Below are positions 9,227 through 18,554 of a stretch of 53,068 bases of DNA, piece after piece. This DNA comes from an uncultured Erysipelotrichaceae bacterium (GTDB lineage: Bacteria; Bacillota_I; Bacilli_A; RFN20; CAG-826). The stretch spans positions 1-53,068 of the forward strand of contig CACXKR010000004.1 of the NCBI GenBank assembly GCA_902768335.1, in the 5' to 3' direction. Position numbers and translations under genes: made by a program. Every line of letters begins with the position of its first letter. The stretch's first letter is position 1. The notes under the pieces are model-generated. The model was given only the letters and a program-made list of their open reading frames with translations, was not told the origin of the DNA and made no database searches.

Positions 9227-9925
9227 ATGAGTTTATTCAAAAAAGCAATTGCTGAATTCGTTGGCACATTTGTCCTCGTTTTCTTTGCTTGTGGCGTTGC
9301 TGCATTAACAGGTGGAAACCTTGTTCCAACAGCATTAGCCTTTGGCTTAGTTATCGTCGCAATGGCTTATTCTGTCGGTAGAATCAGTGGCTGCCACATC
9401 AACCCAGCAGTTTCATTAGGTTGTCTTTTAGACAAGAGAATGACTGTTAAAGAATTCTGCGTTTATGTCTGCGCTCAAATCGTTGGTGGTTTCGTTGGTG
9501 CTGTCGCATTATTTGGAATCGCTAAGATGGCGGGACTTGAACTCGCAGGAAACGCTTGCAACGGTTTAGTTGGTTCCAAATTCGAAGTTGGTAACTTCAT
9601 TGCTGCTATTCTTGTTGAAGTCATCCTTACCTTTGTGTTTGTTTACGTTATTCTCAACGTCACAGATTCAAAGAACGAAGGCGCTGGTAAGAAAGCTGGC
9701 TTGATCATTGGCTTAACCTTAACCTTAGTCCACTTATTAGGCATTGGATTTACAGGTACATCAGTTAACCCAGCAAGATCAATTGCTACAGCTTTAGGTG
9801 CTTTAATCTTCAATAACGACGCTGAACCACTCAAAGTTGTTTGGGTCTTCATCGTTGCTCCGCTCGTTGGTGCAGCTGTCGCCGCTTTAGTCTTTAAAGC
9901 ATTACACGCTAAAAAAGAAAAATAA
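9227..9925 (+). CDS. aqpZ: Aquaporin Z (MIP family)
   Basis: AEFVGT, SGCHINPAVS and GTSVNPARS (two NPA motifs); His in TLVHL fits a water-selective filter. Confidence 0.9.
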   Translation: MSLFKKAIAEFVGTFVLVFFACGVAALTGGNLVPTALAFGLVIVAMAYSVGRISGCHINPAVSLGCLLDKRMTVKEFCVYVCAQIVGGFVGAVALFGIAKMAGLELAGNACNGLVGSKFEVGNFIAAILVEVILTFVFVYVILNVTDSKNEGAGKKAGLIIGLTLTLVHLLGIGFTGTSVNPARSIATALGALIFNNDAEPLKVVWVFIVAPLVGAAVAALVFKALHAKKEK

Positions 9926-9951
9926 TCTTTGTTTTACAAGGATTATTGATT

Positions 9952-9980
9952 AGACTCCGTTTAACGACGGAGTTTTTTCT
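9952..9980 (+). terminator. Rho-independent terminator
   Basis: AGACTCCGT/ACGGAGTTT stem plus T-tract. Confidence 0.8.
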
Positions 9981-10045
9981 TTAAAACAATAGAATTGTTT
10001 AAAGCAGTGTGATAGAATTTACGTCGTATCAAAGGAGAAATACTT

Positions 10046-10876
10046 ATGTCTAGAGCAGATGAAATTTTTGTAGCGAATATGAAAGATATTCTTGAGAATG
10101 GTTTTTGGGATACTAATTTACCAGTGCGTCCACATTGGGAAGATGGTACACCTGCTCACACAGTTAAAAAGTTCTGTATAGTTAACCGCTATAACCTTCA
10201 AGAAGAACTTCCTATTCTCACCATTAGAAGAACTGCTTTTAAGTCTTGCTTAGACGAACTCCTTTGGATTTGGCAAAAGAAATCAAATAACATTCATGAT
10301 TTGAAATCTCATATTTGGGATTCTTGGGCGGATGAAAATGGTTCAATAGGCAAAGCCTATGGTTATCAACTTGCGAAGAAATCAATTTATCCTGAAGGTG
10401 AATTTGATCAAGTCGATAGAGTTCTTTACGATTTGAAACACAATCCTCAATCAAGACGAATCATGACTAACATTTATAATTTTGAAGATCTTCATAAAAT
10501 GAATCTCTACCCATGTGCATATTCAATGACCTTCAACGTTACAGGCGACACGCTTAATGGTATCTTAAATCAAAGAAGTAACGACATGCTTACTGCGAAT
10601 AACTGGAATGTTCTTCAATATTCGTTGTTGCTAATCATGTTTGCACAAGTATCTGGTTTAAAACCTGGCACACTCGTTCATGTTATCGCGGATGCACACA
10701 TTTATGATAGACATGTTGATCTCGTTAAAGAAGTTATCGCTAAACCTCAACACAAAGCTCCAAAGCTTAAAGTGGACCCAACAATTAAAAACTTCTATGA
10801 CTTCACAGTCAATTCATTTGAATTAATCGATTACGAATACGAAAAATTGGATAAGAAGATCCCGGTGGCAATCTAA
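10046..10876 (+). CDS. thyA: Thymidylate synthase
   Basis: ELLWIW, IWDSWAD, catalytic LYPCAY, NQRSND and DAHIYDRH. Confidence 0.97.
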   Translation: MSRADEIFVANMKDILENGFWDTNLPVRPHWEDGTPAHTVKKFCIVNRYNLQEELPILTIRRTAFKSCLDELLWIWQKKSNNIHDLKSHIWDSWADENGSIGKAYGYQLAKKSIYPEGEFDQVDRVLYDLKHNPQSRRIMTNIYNFEDLHKMNLYPCAYSMTFNVTGDTLNGILNQRSNDMLTANNWNVLQYSLLLIMFAQVSGLKPGTLVHVIADAHIYDRHVDLVKEVIAKPQHKAPKLKVDPTIKNFYDFTVNSFELIDYEYEKLDKKIPVAI

Positions 10877-11389
10877 ATGATAATCTCAATCCTTAACTGT
10901 GACTCTAAATGGGGCATCGGTAAAAGAAACGGCCTCCTCTTTAATCTTCCAAAGGATATGGCGTTTTTTAAAGAGACCACGAGAGGCCATGTCGTCTGTA
11001 TGGGTGAGAATACATTACTCTCATTTCCAGGCCAAAAACCCCTCAAAAACCGAACGAACATTGTCTTATCACAAGATCCATCGCACAACTATGAAGGCGT
11101 TATTAACGTCCACACATTTGAAGAATTCTTACGTAAGATGAAAGAATATTCTCAAAACGAAACTGTCTTCATTATTGGAGGAGCCTCAATCTATAGACAA
11201 ACTCTTCCATATGTTGATGAAGTTCTCTTAACTAAAGTCAACAAAGATGGTGGGGCAGAAGTATTCTTCGTAAATCTTGATGAAAAAGAAGAGTTTAAAT
11301 GCGTTGATGAAGGTGAACCCATCTATGATGGAGATATCGAAATTCGATTTACTAGATACATAAACACTAAAAAAGAGTTAATTAAATAA
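10877..11389 (+). CDS. folA: Dihydrofolate reductase
   Basis: GIG, LPKDMAFFKETT, MGENT, PLKNRTNIVLS and IIGGASIY; directly abuts thyA. Confidence 0.95.
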   Translation: MIISILNCDSKWGIGKRNGLLFNLPKDMAFFKETTRGHVVCMGENTLLSFPGQKPLKNRTNIVLSQDPSHNYEGVINVHTFEEFLRKMKEYSQNETVFIIGGASIYRQTLPYVDEVLLTKVNKDGGAEVFFVNLDEKEEFKCVDEGEPIYDGDIEIRFTRYINTKKELIK

Positions 11390-11429
11390 AAGTTGTTATA
11401 TAATATTTGCAAAAATTAAGGAGATTGTT

Positions 11430-11843
11430 ATGCCATTATTTGGAAAAAAGAAGAATAAAAATGCGAAAAAGCTAACACCCAAAAAGGAAAGCAAACCAGC
11501 TCGTAAAGGAGTCAAAACAACCAAGCCAAGAAAGGCTGCTGAAAAGATTACTCCAAGCAAAGCTAAGGCAAAACCAAAAACTGGTGTTGAAGTTAAAAAA
11601 ACCCGCAAAAGTGAAGTAAAAGTCATTGTTCCTGAAAAAGAATCGACAGGTAAAAGAGTTTATCATGTCGCCAAAAGAAGCGATGGAAAATGGGCTGTAA
11701 AATTCGCTGGTGGTGAAAAGGTAATCAAGTTATTTGATACCCAAGCTGAGGCTCTTGAATACACCAAGAAAATGACTAAGAACCAAGGCGGTGCAATGCT
11801 GGTCCATAATTCTAAAGGTAAAAACAAAGGCCGCATTCAATAG
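11430..11843 (+). CDS. Lys-rich protein with C-terminal DUF2188 domain
   Basis: About 75-aa K/A/P-rich N-terminus, then YHV..KWAVK...FDTQAEA...HNSKG; AAGGAG SD. Confidence 0.75.
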   Translation: MPLFGKKKNKNAKKLTPKKESKPARKGVKTTKPRKAAEKITPSKAKAKPKTGVEVKKTRKSEVKVIVPEKESTGKRVYHVAKRSDGKWAVKFAGGEKVIKLFDTQAEALEYTKKMTKNQGGAMLVHNSKGKNKGRIQ

Positions 11844-11851
11844 CAATAATT

Positions 11852-11878
11852 GACTCACGATTGTGAGTCTTTTATTTT
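11852..11878 (+). terminator. Rho-independent terminator
   Basis: GACTCAC-GATT-GTGAGTC followed by TTTTATTTT. Confidence 0.75.
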
Positions 11879-11904
11879 CCACTAAAAAGAGTATTCTATC
11901 TAAC

Positions 11905-12807
11905 GTGGAATATATATTATTTGCCTTCTTAGCACTACTCGCTTCGGCAGGAAATACAATCTTTAATCGACTTGGCGCTAACCACGCCAGCGCTTTAACT
12001 AATGCGACCATCAAATCTTTCTTTATTGTTATCGCCTGCTTTTTAATCTCATTAGTGTTTGGTCATGTTCCAACTTTATATTCCTTAAGTTTAGAGCAAT
12101 GGTTATGGATTCTTTTGATTGGAGTGTTAACTTCAATCGATTGGTTATTCTATTTCCTTGCAATTAAGAGATCACACCTTGAAGCATTTGCTCCATTTTG
12201 TGCGGCAGGTATTTTATTCGCTTCCAACACTTTATTTTCAATCTTCACCTTTATGAGTGTTACCAATGGAGGTAAGCCACTTAATATCATTTTCTATTTC
12301 CTAGGCTTGGCTTCTTTATTGGCTTCACTCATCTTCATTATTTTTAATAGGAAGATTAATCCTTCTACAAAATGGTTATGGGTCTTGTTTGCCGCTATCT
12401 CAACCATTTCGTTTGCCTTTGTATTACTTATAGTAAAACTTAAATTAAGCGATGTTCCTGCGGATGTAATATCTTATCATCAAATGACAATTGTTTTTGT
12501 AACGATGTTAATTTCATCATTAGTCACTAAATCCATAACTGAATTAGTTAAAATTAGATGGCTTGATCATCTCTATATTTTTATTGGAGCATTGTTCAAT
12601 GCGCTCATGATGGTGTGTCGCTATACCGCATTTTCATATGCGAACAGTGAACCCGCTATTATCAATGTAATAATTGGATTAGATTTCATTATTGTTTCTG
12701 TTGTAACAATCCTCTTCTTCAAAGCGAAGAATAAACTCCAGATGTTGATAATAATTATCCTAGTTGCATCAGGTATGGCTCTGGATGTATTAGCGGGCTT
12801 AATTTAA
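11905..12807 (+). CDS. EamA/DMT-family transporter
   Basis: About 10 TM segments in two repeats, WLFYFLAIK. Start moved to GTG 11905 because the longer ORF start lies inside the upstream terminator. Confidence 0.75.
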   Translation: MEYILFAFLALLASAGNTIFNRLGANHASALTNATIKSFFIVIACFLISLVFGHVPTLYSLSLEQWLWILLIGVLTSIDWLFYFLAIKRSHLEAFAPFCAAGILFASNTLFSIFTFMSVTNGGKPLNIIFYFLGLASLLASLIFIIFNRKINPSTKWLWVLFAAISTISFAFVLLIVKLKLSDVPADVISYHQMTIVFVTMLISSLVTKSITELVKIRWLDHLYIFIGALFNALMMVCRYTAFSYANSEPAIINVIIGLDFIIVSVVTILFFKAKNKLQMLIIIILVASGMALDVLAGLI

Positions 12808-12869
12808 TTCACTATATAATTTTCAATTTTTAATTGCTACAATATATAACATAGAAAGAGGTTTTTAAT

Positions 12870-13844
12870 ATGCCATTAGTAAATTCAAAGGAATTATTTG
12901 AAAAAGCCTACAAAGAAGGCTATGCAATAGGCGCTTTCAATTGCAACAATATGGAAATTGTTCAAGCAATCACAGAAGCCGCCAAAGAATGCAACTCCCC
13001 AGTTATTCTTCAAGTAAGTGCTGGTGCAAGAAAATACGCTAAACCAATTTATTTAAGAAAAATGGTTGAAGCTGCAGTTGAAGATACAGGTTTACCAATC
13101 GTTCTTCACTTAGACCACGGAGCAGATTTTGAAATTTGTAAAGATTGTATCGACGGTGGATTCACATCCGTCATGATCGATGCTTCTAGCAAACCATTCG
13201 AAGAAAACATTGCTCTTACTAGAAAAGTCGTTGAATACGCTCATGCTCATAAACCATACGTCACAGTCGAAGCTGAACTTGGAACTTTAGCAGGTATCGA
13301 AGATGATGTTAAAGTTGAACATGGTGCAGAAAGTTATACTAAGCCAGAGCAAGTCGAAGAATTCGTTCGTAGAACAGGCGTCGACTCATTAGCAATCGCT
13401 ATTGGAACAAGCCATGGTGCTTATAAATTCAAACCAGAACAATGCACCCGCGATCCAAAGACCGGCGTCCTTTGTCCTCCACCATTAAGATTCGATATCT
13501 TAGAAGAAGTTTCTAAACGTCTTCCAGGATTCCCAATCGTCTTACATGGTTCAAGCTCTGTTAACCAAGAATACGTTAAAATCATCAATGAAAACGGTGG
13601 TGCTCTTGTCGATGCTGTTGGTGTTCCAGAAGAACAACTTCGCAAAGCCTCAACGATGGCTGTTTGTAAGATTAACATCGATAGCGATCTTCGCTTAGCA
13701 ATGACCGCTGGAATTAGAGAGCACATGGTTGCTCATCCAGATCATTTCGATCCACGTCAATATATTGGCGATGGTCGTAAATATGTTAAGGATTTAGTGA
13801 AGCATAAAATCACTGAAGTTCTTGGCTCAAGCAACAAGATCTAA
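12870..13844 (+). CDS. fba: Class II fructose-1,6-bisphosphate aldolase
   Basis: GAFN, LHLDHG, FTSVMIDAS, VEAELG, GTSHGAYK, VLHGSS and KINIDSD. Confidence 0.97.
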   Translation: MPLVNSKELFEKAYKEGYAIGAFNCNNMEIVQAITEAAKECNSPVILQVSAGARKYAKPIYLRKMVEAAVEDTGLPIVLHLDHGADFEICKDCIDGGFTSVMIDASSKPFEENIALTRKVVEYAHAHKPYVTVEAELGTLAGIEDDVKVEHGAESYTKPEQVEEFVRRTGVDSLAIAIGTSHGAYKFKPEQCTRDPKTGVLCPPPLRFDILEEVSKRLPGFPIVLHGSSSVNQEYVKIINENGGALVDAVGVPEEQLRKASTMAVCKINIDSDLRLAMTAGIREHMVAHPDHFDPRQYIGDGRKYVKDLVKHKITEVLGSSNKI

Positions 13845-13860
13845 ACAATATCAAAAAATT

Positions 13861-13890
13861 AAAAATACCGCCAATTTGACGGTATTTTTT
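13861..13890. terminator. Bidirectional terminator
   Basis: AAAAATACCG-CCAATTTGA-CGGTATTTTT between convergent genes. Confidence 0.8.
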
Positions 13891-13903
13891 ATTATCTAAT
13901 CAA

Positions 13904-14947
13904 TTAATTCATTCCACAAATTTGTTTTGTAGTCGAGTTAGTGCCACCCCAAATTCGGCAAGCATATTCAGGATGATCAATAAATGGATTTCTATTGCCT
14001 TGGAGATATTGCGCCCCGGCATTTCTTCTCTGTTCTCTTTCGTTGACAGGATATCTCAAATTCCAAGACAACATATCACTAATAATTCCCATTTCATTAT
14101 TTTTGGTATTCGAACTACGTGTTTTATCATCGACTAAGATCAAATCATTACCTTGAACAGCGACCATACAATAGAAAATTATTCTTGCGCAATCACCCCG
14201 ATAAGATTCTTTTCCAAAACTTTCCATTGCGGGATCCCAACCAGTGTTGTCCTTTGTTTTCATTCCTTCAATGTAGAAAGAATGTCCTCTTGAACCATTT
14301 TCTGAAGGGATTGTCGGACGTGTCATATGAATATCACTTTCCACCTTGCTTCCGCCGTGTGTGTTTGGCCAAACGTGCTCGCGGTTGAATGAGGTCATGG
14401 TATTGCCTGAGTAGAATGAAACAATTGCGGTTCCATAAGGCTGACCTTTTGAGTCATATTTTATTGTTGAAGGATCGTAGTCGGTATATTTAAACATTCC
14501 AGAAGCAGTAGTTCCCATAGCGCTATAACCAACTGTACTAGTTCGTTTTTTGCTATTCAAAGCTCTCAAGGCACTCAATAAATTATCGTCAGTTACACCG
14601 TCAATTGATGCATAATAGTCATCTGGAAGAGGCGTACTTGTTGGTGATGAAGAAGAAGTGTGTGTCGTGCTCGTAGATGTTGTTGGGCCAACAGATGTTG
14701 ATGTTCCACTCGATGTTGGTATAGTGGTGCCTGTAGATGGGGTGATCGATGTTCCACTTATCGATGTAACTGGAATATAACTACTATCTGATGTATCAGA
14801 AGTTTCACCTGATGAGGAAATAACAAGACCACTTGATAAAGGAGAAGATTTTGAAGATTTCTTCTTTTTGGATGGTGATGTTGTATTACAACCACTTAGA
14901 ATCAGTGATAGTAATGCAAAACTAGTAAAGACAAACGACTTTTTCAT
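13904..14947 (-). CDS. Lipoprotein nuclease (Endonuclease I/Bsn-like His-Me finger) with Ser/Thr-rich linker
   Basis: Lipobox LSG-C20; about 85-aa S/T-rich linker; NREHVWP, DIHMTRP, NGSRG, RGDCARIIFY and QGNRNPFIDHPE. Confidence 0.9.
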   Translation of the reverse strand: MKKSFVFTSFALLSLILSGCNTTSPSKKKKSSKSSPLSSGLVISSSGETSDTSDSSYIPVTSISGTSITPSTGTTIPTSSGTSTSVGPTTSTSTTHTSSSSPTSTPLPDDYYASIDGVTDDNLLSALRALNSKKRTSTVGYSAMGTTASGMFKYTDYDPSTIKYDSKGQPYGTAIVSFYSGNTMTSFNREHVWPNTHGGSKVESDIHMTRPTIPSENGSRGHSFYIEGMKTKDNTGWDPAMESFGKESYRGDCARIIFYCMVAVQGNDLILVDDKTRSSNTKNNEMGIISDMLSWNLRYPVNEREQRRNAGAQYLQGNRNPFIDHPEYACRIWGGTNSTTKQICGMN

Positions 14948-15023
14948 ACTTTTTATTATATTCCTTTTAAAATAAAAGAATAGTTAATAAGGGAAAAGCC
15001 AAAATTAATTAACATCATAATAA

Positions 15024-15058
15024 TTGCTTTAATGATTACACTTGTGTATCATTAAGAT
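15024..15058 (+). promoter_or_regulatory. Promoter giving a probably leaderless rarA transcript
   Basis: TTGCTT-N17-TATCAT-N6-ATG with no SD. Confidence 0.55.
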
Positions 15059-16300
15059 ATGGAAAAACCATTAGCGGAGATCTTAAGACCTCAATCATTA
15101 GATGATGTCGTTGGTCAACATCATCTTTTAGATGAAGGACAGTTATTTAGAAAAGTAATATCCAAAAATCATGTTCCTAACATGGTCTTTTATGGTCCAC
15201 CCGGAATTGGTAAAACCACATTAGCGAACATCATTGCGAAAAATAGCAATATGTCGCTTTATAAATTAAATGGAACAACGGCTTCTACCGATGATATTAA
15301 AAAGATTATTGATGAAGTTCATTCTTTGTTCACCCAAAATGGAATACTTCTATATTTGGATGAGATTCAATATCTAAATAAGAAACAACAACAATCATTG
15401 TTAGAATTTGTTGAAAGCGGGGATATAACTCTTATCGCTTCAACAACTGAGAATCCATATTTTTATATCTATCCAGCTTTGCTTTCTAGATGTGAAGTAT
15501 TTGAATTTAAAGCTCTTAAAAGCGAAGACATTAAAGAAGGATTAGAAAAAGCTCTCAAGAAACTCAATGTCAAAATTGAAAAAGAAGCTTTAGAAAAATT
15601 GTCGCTTTCGTCAAATGGAGACATGAGGAAAGCTTTAAATAATTTAGATTTCTTGGTTCACGCTTTAGACGATGAAAAGAAAATCACAACCGAAATGGTT
15701 GATCAATTAATTGTCAAAGCGAACATTTCATATGATAGAAGTGAAGATCATCACTACGATAATTTATCCGCTTTAATGAAATCTCTTAGAGGTTCAGATC
15801 CTGACGCGGCAGTCTTTTATCTTGCTAAAATGCTTGAAGCCGGCGATTTAGTTGTGGCCGCTAGAAGACTACTTTGTAGTGCAAGCGAAGACGTTGGTTT
15901 AGCTTATCCTCAAATCATTCCAATTGTTAAAGCAGCAGTCGATAGCGCACTTCAACTTGGAATGCCTGAAGCTTATCTACCATTAACTAACGCTGCAATC
16001 TTAATTGCGACTTCCCCAAAATCAAATTCCGCTTGTTTAGCTTATTTAGCTGCTAAAGAAGATATTGAAAAAGGATTAGGTGTTGGAGTCCCTCGTCAAC
16101 TTCAGAATACCCATTACGATGGAAAAGACGCTAAAGTAAAAGGGCAAAATTATAAATACCCACATGATTATGCCCATCATTGGGTTAAACAACAATATTT
16201 ACCTGATGATATTAAAGAACATAAGTATTATCATTATGGTGAAAATAAATTTGAACAGGCCAATAAAGAATATTGGGCCAAAATAAAAGGAGAGAAGTAA
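15059..16300 (+). CDS. rarA: Replication-associated recombination protein A (MgsA/RarA AAA+ ATPase)
   Basis: PLAEILRP, GPPGIGKTT, LDEI, TTENP, ALLSR, KSLRGSDPDAA, ASEDVGLA and YKYPHD. Confidence 0.96.
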   Translation: MEKPLAEILRPQSLDDVVGQHHLLDEGQLFRKVISKNHVPNMVFYGPPGIGKTTLANIIAKNSNMSLYKLNGTTASTDDIKKIIDEVHSLFTQNGILLYLDEIQYLNKKQQQSLLEFVESGDITLIASTTENPYFYIYPALLSRCEVFEFKALKSEDIKEGLEKALKKLNVKIEKEALEKLSLSSNGDMRKALNNLDFLVHALDDEKKITTEMVDQLIVKANISYDRSEDHHYDNLSALMKSLRGSDPDAAVFYLAKMLEAGDLVVAARRLLCSASEDVGLAYPQIIPIVKAAVDSALQLGMPEAYLPLTNAAILIATSPKSNSACLAYLAAKEDIEKGLGVGVPRQLQNTHYDGKDAKVKGQNYKYPHDYAHHWVKQQYLPDDIKEHKYYHYGENKFEQANKEYWAKIKGEK

Positions 16301-16302
16301 TT

Positions 16303-17367
16303 ATGAAATTCTCAAAAAAACACGCAGTTCCTGGTTTAATTGGTAATTTAATCGTAACTGCATTAGGCGTAGTTGGAATCGTTATGCTTCTACTTGAATC
16401 AGCAGATAAAGTAGGCATCTTCCAATACTTCACAGTCTTATCGAATGTGTTAGTGACGCTTGCTTCATTTATAGGTGCAATTCTCTATATTGCATCTATC
16501 GCTAAAGGAAAGAATTTAGTAAAAGAAGGTTTCCAGGTATTTAAATTGATTTGTGTTGTTTGTACAGCAGTTACCTTCACGATGGTTTTAGCATTCCTCA
16601 TGCCTCGAGATCCAAGCAACGATATTTGGTACAAAGGTTCTCAATTATTTATGCACGCAATTGTCCCAATTGCCTCTGTAGCTTCATTTATTCTTTTAGA
16701 ATATATGACCAAATTACGTTTTAGATTCATTTTTGTTCCTATTGTAGCTGCTCTTGCTTATGGTGCATATTATGTAATCTTTGCGTTTACCGCTCCAAAA
16801 GGAAGCATGGTTGACTGGTATGGATTCATGTTTGATGCTTCAAATAGAATCGCTCCAGTAGATGCATCCAAATTTGAACTTGGAACATTCTTCTTATTCA
16901 TTGGATTATCTATAGGGGGTGCATTAGCCTTTGGCTTTGTTATCTGGTTACTAAATAAGATTGTTCATTTAATCTTCATGGGCTACACGATTAATTCTGA
17001 AGGCGAAGAAGTTGGTGATGAAGAAGTTGAGGAACTAAGCGAAGAACCTGTAGCTGAAGAATCTACTTCTAATGACGAAGCTAATGAAAAAGAAGAAAAA
17101 CCATCTTCAAAAACAACTACTTCCAAATCAAAGACTCCAAAGAGTAAAGTTGGAGCTCCTAAGAAATATAAAGATGGCGCAAGAGTGTATCACATCGCGC
17201 GCTCAAAATTCGTTTCTCGTAGTTGGCAAGTTAAACTCGCTGGTGGTGAAAAAGCAATCAAGATTTTCCCAACTCAAGCCGAAGCGATTGACTATGCTAA
17301 AAAGTTAGTTCGTTCACAAGGTGGTTCAATTAGAATCCACTCCATGAAAGGACAATTAAGAAAATAA
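16303..17367 (+). CDS. Pr6Pr/AIG1-like membrane protein fused through an acidic-basic linker to DUF2188
   Basis: YFTVLSN, FMHAIVP and DWYGF in the TM part; E-rich then K/S/T-rich linker; C-terminal DUF2188. ATG 16303 follows an AAGGAG SD. Confidence 0.75.
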   Translation: MKFSKKHAVPGLIGNLIVTALGVVGIVMLLLESADKVGIFQYFTVLSNVLVTLASFIGAILYIASIAKGKNLVKEGFQVFKLICVVCTAVTFTMVLAFLMPRDPSNDIWYKGSQLFMHAIVPIASVASFILLEYMTKLRFRFIFVPIVAALAYGAYYVIFAFTAPKGSMVDWYGFMFDASNRIAPVDASKFELGTFFLFIGLSIGGALAFGFVIWLLNKIVHLIFMGYTINSEGEEVGDEEVEELSEEPVAEESTSNDEANEKEEKPSSKTTTSKSKTPKSKVGAPKKYKDGARVYHIARSKFVSRSWQVKLAGGEKAIKIFPTQAEAIDYAKKLVRSQGGSIRIHSMKGQLRK

Positions 17368-17375
17368 AAAGTCTG

Positions 17376-18554
17376 CTAAGCAGACTCATCATTGGATGTC
17401 TCTTCTAAGACATCCTTTTCTTTTGCTTCTTTACTTATTCGATGTGAGCTAAGTGCTTCAAATATTGCATTCGCACCAAACGAAATAAATAATACAAAGT
17501 AATATGTTAACATTCTCCAAATGAGAACAACTGCTTGTTGATCGACCTGATTAGCGGTGGTGACTGCTGCAATAACAATCATGAAAGCGTATTCGATGCC
17601 ACCAACGCCACCAGGAGTAGGCATCCATACAACAGCATTTATGGCAAATGATGTTGAGAATAAGACGATAATTAATTTGTCATAGCCAACTTCTAGGCCA
17701 ACAGATTTAAGAATAAAGAATGGAACGCAATAATATGCAGCCATCGCAATTATCTTAATTAAAATAGCAAAAACGGTTGCTAATTTATGGGTCCAGGTTT
17801 CCTTAAAAGCTAGTTGAGCATTGGTGCAATATTCTTCAAAAACAGGGATAGCCTTTTGAAGCGATTCACCGATTTTTCTCCGCAAACCCTTCTCTTTTTT
17901 GAAAAAGAATTTCCAATTCGCAAACTTAGTTGAAAGCTTGATTAAAAAGTTTCTAAGATGCTTTGAAACACCCATCGCAACCATAAATAAAAGGACTAAG
18001 AAATTAATGCTTAAACCTATTAATGCGACATATTTAATCCATCCTATTCCCATCGATTCAAAGCCAGCCGAGATTTGAGGATAAAAAATAAGAGAAACAA
18101 TCGCAAATGCGTTTGTGACAATCATATACGTGACGAAAGTAGCAAGAATAACTCCAGTAGCTTTTGCAGTTGTTACATTTCGTTTAGTATAAGAATAGAT
18201 TTGAAACGGTTGTCCTCCAGCGGCAAAAGGAGTTATACCGTTATAGAAGTGCTCGGAAGAACCAATTAAAAACGATTCGCCAACAGTGGCTTCGATTTTT
18301 AATGCTTTTCCATAAATGCATTGGCTCGCTGGCCATAAAAAGAAATAGATAAGCATTAGGCCAACAGCAATTAATAAATATTTCCAGTTATCACCTTTAG
18401 CGATCTCTTGAAACTGTAATGAAATTTTTTCGATTTCGCCTAAGGAAAGGATTAAAGTAACTACAAGAATCGAAATTAAAACCAAGAAGATAATGTTTGA
18501 AATCAATTTCTTCCTGGTTTTCTTGTTGTGTGGATTTATTATTTGCTCACTCAT
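17376..18554 (-). CDS. LPG_synthase_TM/YbhN-family membrane protein (putative lipid flippase)
   Basis: ITPFAAGGQP, PTPGGVGGIE and LIWRMLTYY motifs. Confidence 0.88.
   Translation of the reverse strand: MSEQIINPHNKKTRKKLISNIIFLVLISILVVTLILSLGEIEKISLQFQEIAKGDNWKYLLIAVGLMLIYFFLWPASQCIYGKALKIEATVGESFLIGSSEHFYNGITPFAAGGQPFQIYSYTKRNVTTAKATGVILATFVTYMIVTNAFAIVSLIFYPQISAGFESMGIGWIKYVALIGLSINFLVLLFMVAMGVSKHLRNFLIKLSTKFANWKFFFKKEKGLRRKIGESLQKAIPVFEEYCTNAQLAFKETWTHKLATVFAILIKIIAMAAYYCVPFFILKSVGLEVGYDKLIIVLFSTSFAINAVVWMPTPGGVGGIEYAFMIVIAAVTTANQVDQQAVVLIWRMLTYYFVLFISFGANAIFEALSSHRISKEAKEKDVLEETSNDESA

Noticed and set aside
10877-11389. Possible trimethoprim-resistance dfr (LLFNLP instead of LPW)
   Set aside because: Housekeeping thyA-folA context, and this variant is common in Firmicutes DHFRs; no mobile context.
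11863-11904. ORF-track N-terminal extensions (also 16273, 30130, 38486, 39360, 52934)
   Set aside because: Downstream starts fit the SD or promoter positions and family N-termini better.
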